The notes under the pieces were generated by a model. The model worked only from the letters and a program-made list of their open reading frames with translations, was not told the DNA's origin and made no database searches. A stretch of 56,162 nucleotides of DNA, counting the filler, from Sluysia triapertura (Eukaryota), in assembly GCA_046118255.1 (NCBI GenBank). It is 4 parts of 4 records of this genome, joined end to end, with 100 filler letters (N's around TTAATTAATTAA, not from the genome) between each part and the next. Parts side by side here need not be neighbours in the genome. Positions count along the whole stretch, not along the records: positions 44,659 to 56,162 come from JBJNIA010184001.1; 3 more parts are not named here. One strand, given 5' to 3'. Shown in pieces: positions 47,140 through 56,162 of the stretch (positions are counted from its first letter, which is position 1; the number at the start of each line of letters is the position of its first letter). Made by a program: the position numbers and the translations under genes.

Positions 47140-50100
47140 GAAAATGTTTTCTCAAAAATTGGTTGAAAGTTTTACAATTCAACTTTTACTAATTAATAAG
47201 AGAAATTAGTAATGGATTTTGAGAAAGATCAAAAGGCAAACATTGTTACGCCATATTAAAAATTTTATTCGTATCGATATCATTCAATCGAAACAATTAT
47301 AAGACAGATATCAAGTTGACATCATTTAAAACAAACCAATTACTAAATACGTTTATGCTCTTTTAAATTCTTTATGTACCATTTTGACGAATATTGTAAT
47401 TTCAAGTTGTATTAATTAAGTTACGTTGTGAATAAGTTTACAAGTAAAATGACACCAGAAAGAGTCTAGAAAGATACGTTTGAAAAGTAACACGACTAAC
47501 CTCGTCCAATTACAGTTCTAATTTGATGCATACACATTTGCCTTCGATAAGACAAAATAGAATACATCAATTGCCGAACACATTATGCTTGAAAATGAAT
47601 ATCTTGTTTAAAATACAGCTTGTGAATAATGCATGATTGTGCCCAGTGGTAATTATCGAATTTGTATGAGCTATATGTATATTAAAGGATGGTTTCGTGA
47701 ACAGGCTGGCATATGCTTGTTCAAGTAACTATCAAGATATTTAATTCTTATGGCACTGTCAATATGCCTTAAGTTGAAATTACAAAAGAAACCTTTTTAA
47801 TCTTTAAGTTCCATTCCTAAACGTGTCTTACGAAAATGCTGTCATTAATAGACGTGATAAACGACACTATTTGAAGAGTACCCTATTTACTCTTACTTTA
47901 TTACTTAGCTTGTTGATTATAATCTTCTTTATCTCAATATTAAATGCTATCTTCTAGCTCGGATTTATTTAAATCTGAATACCAGGTATTTCATATTTGA
48001 AATGAATGTGAACAAACTTTATTTCTTTAAGGTTTTATATCTTTATTATCATTTATACTTCTGGGTGCAGTAGTTTAGAATTTACATTATGAGGGACAGA
48101 CTTACTCTGAAGCAAAAATAAGTTAAAATAACATTTAATATATAAAAATCGAAATTACTAAAACATTTGAAAAATTTATAAATATTTTTACTTGATGATG
48201 ATAATGATGAAAGTTTATTAGCTTGTAGGAAATTTACATTAACATGTTTATTATTATTAAGAAAACCAAATTAGGTGCATTTTACTGAAGCATGGCAACT
48301 TCCAGTCGTTTAAAATCTAAAATGTAATGACATGGTAGTACGATAAAGGTCAGATTCATCTATTTCACGAAAATCTAAGGAATTTGCATTTGGTGTAGCC
48401 ATTATAATTGGTACAACGAATGTATGTATCGATTGAGAAAATTTTTCTACATTTACTGCTTCAGGAACCCTTGACAAATTGATACACTGAAAGTACTGTT
48501 GGTATAATTTGATTTAAAACTTTCATATATAAAACATCATTAGAAAATGGTAATTAAATTAACAACCGTTGGATTCGATACATTATTACATATGGTCCAT
48601 TTGATTTCTTTAAAAACTGTTTAACATGCACATAAGTTTCAAGCATTCGTTCATTAAATGGCATTCAGCCCATAGGTTCAGAAATGAGAACATCTAAATT
48701 ATTTAATTCTGCTGAATGTTAATTAGAAGTAGTAACATAATCTTGCATCAAATTTTGTAAATAAGAATATAATATAACCGATTTTGTGTAAGATAATCAA
48801 AGACAATATTCGGCGCCTCAAGCTGATCTCTAGACAGCTGACTTTTGTTTAATATAGTTTCACACACTGAAATACTTGAATTGACTTTTAAGACATCATT
48901 AACTTTCTTAAATTCTAAAAAATGAGTTTAATTCGATGTAATTAAATATATTTAGATTTGATTCAATGAGTAATTGTTTTTCGCTTGATTTGCATAAATT
49001 CGATTTTACGAAATTTATTTGTAACTTTATTTTTTCATTTGAAATCTTATTTAATTTTTATAAAATTAACTCGTTTTGATTAACAAACAATACCTTACAG
49101 GCATCAATCACTAATAACTGTAAAGGTCTGTTCAAATAATCGTATGAATATAATTTAATATTTTCACTAGATACATTCATTGTTGACCTCACTTTTAGCC
49201 AAATTTCACTTGTATTTATCAATTTTTCAACTGCAAAATAATATATGACCAATCGATGTAATCTTTATTAAAGAGCCTATTAGGCCCTAATACATAAATA
49301 ATTAAACACCAAATGTAATAATAATGTTTAGATTTAGTTTCTTTAAATAAAGAAATTTGCCAAATAGTTTTAATTTGTGCCAAATGTTTTTATGACTTTT
49401 ATCATAAATATTAATCATGAAAAAATAAAATACAATACTCTTGGTCATGTTATTCTCCAATTGGCACTGGTGTAGCCAATTCACATTTAAGTAATTCATG
49501 ATTCTGATTATTTTTATTTAGATTATTTTCTTTTTAAATATTTCCTTTCTGAACATCTTTCTCAAACGCGATCTTACATAAACAAACATATAATAAAATG
49601 GTTAAAGTGTAAAGTACAACATGTATAAGGAATTATGTGATTATCTTTGAAAGTTATTAAGAATGTGAATTTTTCTGAGTTAAATGTTTAATTGTTGAAT
49701 CTTCAAAATATAAAAAATTTGGATTTGAAGTATACTCTTTGTATCTATTCTTTAATTTCTAACTTCACGAATAAACATATTATTTGATATTTTCGTATCA
49801 GATATGAATGTTTGGAGTTGTGAATTTGTTAAATGAGTTGCATTTTGTAAGATATGTATTTCCTTCTATGAAATGTTATTCGGTGTTCTAGAAACGTGTG
49901 GATCTGAGGTAAATTCAATGGATCATGGAATAACATTACTTTATATTGTATGCATATAAATTGCTTGAATTTGTAGATTATTTGTGGAGTAAATTTGTCT
50001 CTAATGTGACTTTATTGTTGAATGGTTTAAAGTTAAAATGTTTATCTGAATAATGTTGTGAATGGCTTGATTGTAAAAGTTGTTTGATATATAATATGTG

Positions 50101-52836
50101 AAAGACTATTAAATAATCTAGGAATGCGCTAATTCTTCAATAAAATCAGATGGCATGAGTTGATCCACCATACACATGAGTCTCGATACATGCCTACTGT
50201 GCGTTTTAAATTGTGGATTGTAGCCGAACAAGTTAAATTAATGCATTTTGCTTTAGTACTAAGTATAAGAAAACACCAACAAAATAAAATTATTTTTGAG
50301 AAAATAAAATCTATTTATGACACTACGTCCATGTATAAAATTTTCATAAAAGTGCTGAAAACACTTATTAAATACAAATTTATTTATTTGAAAGTTAATA
50401 AGAATTTGGTTGCTAAAGTAAATAGTAAATTAGTAAACAAATATTTAAATTAAAGTGCGATTTACAGATCCTTGGTTGTAACAAGTAATTTAGACAAAAA
50501 CAAAACTACAATAAACATTTTGCATTAAATAAACATAGATATACATATAGGATCCATCAAATCAAGTTCCTAAAATTATATATCTGACACTTAGTTTAAT
50601 TTAATGGCAATGATAACGTCATACATCAGAAATACGAAAATCTAAAGGTTTTCTTACTTGAATATCATCAAAAGTATTCACTTTTACAGTTTAACTTAGT
50701 ATTAACATTAATAAAATTCTATAAGTGGCCCACTATTTTGCGTAAGTGTAGAAGTTATTTAAGAAAAACCACTCGCAAAAAGGGCATTAAATTTTCGAAA
50801 ATAGATATAATTAATTTCAAAAATAAATATTAATGGAAAGATACGTTTTCAAATGATAATTTTGTCATACTTCTTTAACTGAAGAAAATGTTCAAAGCCC
50901 AATCGTCAATGTTCTTATAACTCTCAGCACTTTGTCAGGTTCTAGGCTTTTCCAGACTCAGAATAATAAAATAATAATGTTAGAAATTTTTTCTAAAAGA
51001 AAACTATTTACGTTAAGTTTTTACATATACATTGAAATGATTCCATGCGTAACTACCTGTTTATAAATAATCAGTTCATTTTCAGCAATTTTAGAGCATT
51101 TTATTAACAACCTTTTGGATATTAATAATTTAGCAAAGTCAGTTTTATAAATACTTTTATAAATAATTTTACCTCACAATATAATATCTTCAATTAATGA
51201 TTGTTCACATAATATTGTAATAATACTTTAACATTCTTTCGTTCAATTAATCTTCTCTACGAAATTTATCGGGCCAAAATTCTATTCTACAATGTTCTAT
51301 TAATTTTTCTTTTATAGTTAATTCTTGTTGTTTAGTCAATTTATCTACTATATTATTCTCTATAAATAACAAATTATAAATAGCAACCCAACCACAAAAA
51401 TAAAAATACTAATCAAGAGAAATTTCTACGCACTAGTTACAATAAAGGATTGAATAAAGTAATACTGCTTGAAAAATCTAACCGCAAAATTCGCAATCAA
51501 AATCAAAATTTTTGTTTGTTCATTTAAAGCGAAATCTAAATGCATTAAAAATTACTTTCCAGTTATTAAATACTTCCATCCTTATTATACAAGGCAATTT
51601 TTAAATACATAACTAACTTTAGCATTATTCAAAAATTCAACGGTAAAACCAGAATCTAAAAGTAGCGTAAATAATTCTGCGGAATCCCAAGAATTTTCAA
51701 CAACATCACTATATTCAAAATATAGTTTTGAGGAAAGAACTTGAATTAAATTATTCATTTTTTTAACCTAATTAAATAATTATATATAAATACAATTACC
51801 ATTTCTGTCAGATTGTTAAAGTGTTTTTCTTTCTTTTCTTAAGTAAACATATATATATAAATGGATAAAAATACCAGCTTCAATTAATTGGAATTTTAGT
51901 TCTGTTAATTGTTCCTGGCTTATTCTAACTGAAGCAGAATCGCGACAAATATCTTCAATATTATGTGCTTCGTCTAACACAACTACTGCATTTGTTATAC
52001 TCAAAGGCAACTAAATTTATATATTGATATGAAAAAAATACTAACTGCTTTTCTAATAGAAGGATCGATAACATAATTATAAGGACATATAATTAATTCT
52101 GAATCATTAATCCAATCACGAGCTTGAAAGTGTGGACAGATTTTGTTCTAAACTTATTTACAAAATTTATAAAATGAACTTTTATGAAGTCATTTCTTTT
52201 GGTTTCAAATGTCCATGGCTGGGAGGGAATTGGATTATTTTTCTTAGATACATTGTTTCTAAAAATACATAAATTTTCCTGTCAATTATAAATTATTATT
52301 TGAAACATACATCACAGAGATCCTTGCACATTTGATCAATATTATTTGAGTTAAGCGCCTTAGTATTTACGCAACTGTAACGACGACTCCCAATCACCAC
52401 CATTCTAATTAAAAAATAAAAAACAAATTATTACTTCGTATTATGATATGGGCTTCGCCCTAATTCACGAACAACTTGAGAAACCTGTTTGTGAGTTCTA
52501 GTTGCATAAATAATTCGTATAGTCTTCATTCTAGAATTTATTATTTCTACTAAATAAATTACTTCGTGTTTTTATTAGCATAGGTTGAAATTTCATTATA
52601 ATTTCTAAGCCATTCCAAAGTTGTACACAATATTACCATGGTTTTCCCAGTACCAGTTGGTGATTCCAAAAGACAATTGTTTCTAGAATTAAGCCCATTA
52701 ACTATCTAATTCTAGCTAATTAATATAAAATCTGTACTCTATTCATCATTGACAACTGTGAAGGATATGGCTTATATGGAAATTTTATTATCATGTCATC
52801 GACAGGTACTTCATTATATTGCTGGGATGAAGACAT
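45190..52836 (-). CDS. BRIP1: FANCJ/BRIP1 Fe-S DNA helicase, N-terminal half (many mini-introns; 6.1-kb intron 45514-51617)
   Basis: ATG 52836; FPYKPYPSQLSMMN, LLESPTGTGKT, YATRTHKQ, Fe-S cysteines, CPYNYVIDP, LDEAHNIEDICRDSAS. Exon 45513-45190 (HDIDAVLE...DYLKDFRFVIEE...SFW) continues the Arch region. RTHKQ favours FANCJ over RTEL1. Confidence 0.85.
47090..47139. repeat. (AAT)n microsatellite
   Basis: Perfect run. Confidence 0.95.
47450..47900 (-). mobile_element. possible decayed CR1/L2 reverse transcriptase remnant
   Basis: Minus-strand AIDVFYFVLSKA resembles the RT motif VDVIYLDFSKAFD; otherwise degenerate. Confidence 0.3.
48275..48694 (-). pseudogene. CARM1: CARM1/PRMT4 gene fragment (pseudogene) nested in the FANCJ intron
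   Basis: [28 protein letters not shown] matches CARM1 [29 protein letters not shown]; the next segment YQQYFQCINLSRV...FSQSIHTF...IMA...DFREIDESDLYR...F*TTGSCHA is collinear with CARM1; two in-frame stops. Confidence 0.8.
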
Positions 52837-53369
52837 TATATCTCTTTGTTTAATAATATTTTATGAAATTAAAAACATATTTCACAAGGTTACTTATATT
52901 TAATTAAACTAATACTCCCTCAAATTATGGTAATGAATTTATAATAGTAAACAAAATTTTAATTAAAAAAATTATTTAAAATATGAAGTATTCTAATAGA
53001 CTATTAATTTATACTATATATAAACAAAAAATGCTAGAAAATAAATTAAATAATTTTAAATACCTTTAAACAGATGCATTTTTATTACTTCATGTGAACG
53101 TGAATGTATTTTATCTGCTATTTTTTCAAGTTTCTTAGAATATAGTTAAGTGTATTGATACATAAATGTATGATTTGGCTTAGTATTTCAAAATTTGAAT
53201 TTTATTAATTTAGTAAATATTAAGTTTTGACAGCTTATTCCTTAATATACTTAAGATTTCAAAAAATTCATTATTTTAAAATTAATGCAATTCGATTAAT
53301 TAATCAATCATACTATTGATGTAATTTACTAATAAGAAGTTATTGAGTTAAATGGAACTTTCATTTAAG

Positions 53370-53480
53370 CATAATAATAATAATATATTAATTTATATTG
53401 TGCTCATATTTACTACGTAAGTACTCAAGATTCATAATGATTCATAATATTTCTGAAACAGAAAGAACTTTGCCTTTTTC
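53370..53480 (-). mobile_element. short 3' LINE fragment, same family as 38555-38800
   Basis: Shared ~100 bp including the AAT tail. Confidence 0.6.
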
Positions 53481-54217
53481 TTACATATTTATTTTATAAG
53501 AAATAAATTAAATGCTAATTATATAAAAATAAAAATTTGTAATTGAAGCTTAATATTTAGAATATTTGATACACAAATAAGTGATTATATTCGTGAGTTA
53601 ATTCGTTTATAAACTGAAAGAGATATTAAAATAAATAGAATTTATATTTCGATTTTGATTTGGTCAACAAAATAAATTTTTTTATTTACAAATTCAAAAT
53701 ATAAAAGTGTTAATACGAACCAAAAATTAATACATTAATTATGATTTTAAAAATCATAATGTTCGGTTTACTGAATTACCCTATACGTGCAATGTTGTTG
53801 CTAGTTAGTAATGCACGAGAAAGCGAAAATCATATGGACAAAAACTTAAAAGTAAGAATACTTTTTAATTATTTATGAAACAGTTTAATGAGCTATGTGA
53901 CTAGATATTAGTATTATAAAAATAAAAAAATACAAATTACTATGATGAATTATATTTCTTAATCAGTTATGTTTATGAAATATTTAAAAAACAATAAAAA
54001 ATTAAGATGCGAAGAGAAAACCATATATTAGGTCTTACTTCTGAAAATATTAATATGCATTTGTTTATTAATTTAATTAAAAATTGTTATTATTTGGTTG
54101 CTTTTTAAATTGAGACTTGTTTTTAAAGGCATTAATCCTGTTTTACTTCTTAATTTGTTATGTTGGAGTAGCGATAACATATTAACAATCATTATTTATT
54201 GACAAACATTTTAATAA

Positions 54218-54365
54218 ATCGATATTTTATTCATTAACTATTTCGATATTTTATTTATTCATTAACTATTTATTTATTTTATTCATCAATTATCTATTTA
54301 AAGTATTTATTTATTTTATTCATCAATTATCTATTTAAAGTATTTATTTATTTTATTCATTAATT
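54218..54365. repeat. local AT-rich tandem duplications (~28-40 bp units)
   Basis: TTATTCATCAATTATCTATTTAAAGTATTTATTTAT x2 and TCGATATTTT...ATTCATTAACTATT x2. Confidence 0.7.
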
Positions 54366-54489
54366 GTCTAATTACAAAAAACTATTTCATTTTTATTTTT
54401 ATTATTTATATTTTATTATTTTATTATTTATTATCTAAATAATATTATTATTATAAATCAAAATCTTTCTGTTTATAAAAATTACAAAT

Positions 54490-55160
54490 TGTTTAAATAA
54501 AGCAAATTGTTTAAATAAATCAATAAACAATATGGAAGACAGGTAAAAAAATAATATAAATAACCACAAAAAATTCAGAAAAACACACACAGAACGACGA
54601 CAGCAGTGACAACAACGACAACAACAGAGGAAAAGAAAACTTGAAAAATCAATTAACAGTATTCCATGAAAAAGTACTTATTTATTAAATAAGTTTTACG
54701 TTCTAATTGTAAAGAATAGAACTAAAATATTACTTAAAATCTTTATATATATGTCAGACCGTAAAAAGGCTGACTTAAAATCTTAATAAAATTATTTCAA
54801 TCTAAGCAAATAGGCTTAAGATTTAAATTGAATATTTTTATTATTCTAAATATTGTCATTGAATATTTTTTGATTTAGTAATAAAGTTTTGATTAGTTAT
54901 TTTAAGTATTTGTTTAAAATCTTTATATTTTGGCCAGACCGTAAAAAGGCTGGTTTAACTGAGTAAGTTAAGTTTTTTCTTTTTACTTATTTATCGTTCT
55001 ATAATTTATAAGGAAATAGTTGGTCTAAGTCACTTATATTAATCCTTTTAAATCTATTTTTTTATAAATCTAATTGGGACGTCATCTTTTGATATAAATC
55101 GTGCCTAATTAGTCGGATGGACTCCAGATCCATTTTGCATATAGGGAAATATCTTGCAAT
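54490..55160 (+). repeat. conserved non-coding module with two bulged hairpins (54753-54774, 54933-54954); diverged homolog of 28340-29030
   Basis: GTCAG-A-CC-GTAAAAA-GG-CTGAC and GCCAG-A-CC-GTAAAAA-GG-CTGGT, each preceded by TAAAATCTTTATAT. Confidence 0.75.
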
Positions 55161-55375
55161 AATTATTGTGTTATTACTTGTAAATTGTTTAGTATTATTA
55201 TTAACAATTTCAGACAAAAAGTAATAATTATTATGTGTATTATTATTAGTTTCTACTTGTAAATTTTTGATTATTATTACTAAATTTATTATTTATATAC
55301 TTGGAATTTAATAAATTTTCGTCATATGTAAAAATAGTATAAATAGACAATTTGATTTTCAACCCACACAATATT

Positions 55376-55536
55376 ACACAGAATTTCGGATTTTACAGAA
55401 TTTGACAGAGTATTAACAGTATTATTAGTATTTGTCATAGTATTTGGCACAGTATTTGATACAGAATTTGATGCAGTATTAAACAGTAGTTAACACATAA
55501 TTTGGCACAGTACTTCAAACAAATTTTGGACAGTAC
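55376..55536 (+). repeat. degenerate ~11-12 bp minisatellite (ACAGWATTTGNN)
   Basis: Repeated CAGTATTTG/CAGAATTTG units. Confidence 0.75.
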
Positions 55537-56162
55537 AAATTATTATGTTTAGTGGAATTCGTTCGATTATTCCGGACTTCGTTGTACAATTCAAGAAATA
55601 TTTAATCACAAACTATATAAAACAATGAACGTAACGGTAGTTATTATTGTTTTTTTATCTGAAAAAATTAAATATAGTTTTTCATTAACATTAAAATTTA
55701 TCATTATTAAACTGTTTGTCATTTTATATTTTGTTATTAAGTGTTTAAATATTTGTTGAATAAAATTTCTTGCGAATTTATTGCCTTATTAATTAATTGT
55801 TAAGTAGAAAGAGAGAGCCCCAAAGGAGGGATAAAACAAAATAGAATAAAATAAAATAAAATGATAAAAAATAATATTTATTCATATAACAATCAAAGTC
55901 AAAGTCGAGTATCCTCGCAAATAAAACAAAACTTACTTGCGTTTCCATTCCCGGACATCGGAAGGAGTATCCGAATAAACAAACATTAATTTAATAGCAA
56001 AACGATAAAAAGTTTAAGTTGTTGTTGACGAACAATAATTTATAAAAGTGAAGATATTTAAAGTATTATTAAGGACTAAAGTGTATATTGACTAAAGTTG
56101 AGAATCTATTATAAAGTAACTTAAAGATATTGAGGAATAGTAACGTTTTACAGAATTTGTAT

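Noticed and set aside
55905-55925. HDV-like ribozyme (TCCTCGC loop)
   Set aside because: No P3 or P1 pairing around the loop.

Overview
Very AT-rich eukaryotic (metazoan-like) DNA with tiny (~34-40 nt) GT-AG introns alongside kb-sized introns filled with decayed repeats. Three N44-TTAATTAATTAA-N44 spacers (20499, 31497, 44559) look like artificial contig joins, so the four segments may be unlinked. Host genes or fragments: TENT5/FAM46 exon 1, two ACSS3-like exons, a decayed intronless DDX47/RRP3-like DEAD-box copy, the last two UNC-45 exons, a 2xRRM gene, a complete USP4/11/15-type deubiquitinase, and the N-terminal half of FANCJ/BRIP1, whose 6.1-kb intron holds a CARM1 pseudogene fragment. 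Transposon remnants include pogo, piggyBac-type MITEs, L2/CR1, possibly Merlin, and a Ulp1-like protease relic. The most unusual feature is a minus-strand unit at about 28.3-31.5 kb. It consists of a tRNA-like head with a palindromic 'anticodon' arm, an ATG-less RING-H2 frame, a ~490-codon frameshifted membrane/secreted ORF with an 11-bp tandem repeat at one frame break, and a ~700-bp non-coding module carrying repeated bulged-A hairpins. The tRNA-like head recurs at 2356. The hairpin module recurs, diverged and inverted, at 54.5-55.2 kb with fully compensated stems. Together these suggest an uncharacterised repeat or virus-like family with conserved structured elements. All alignments were made by eye; nothing was computed.
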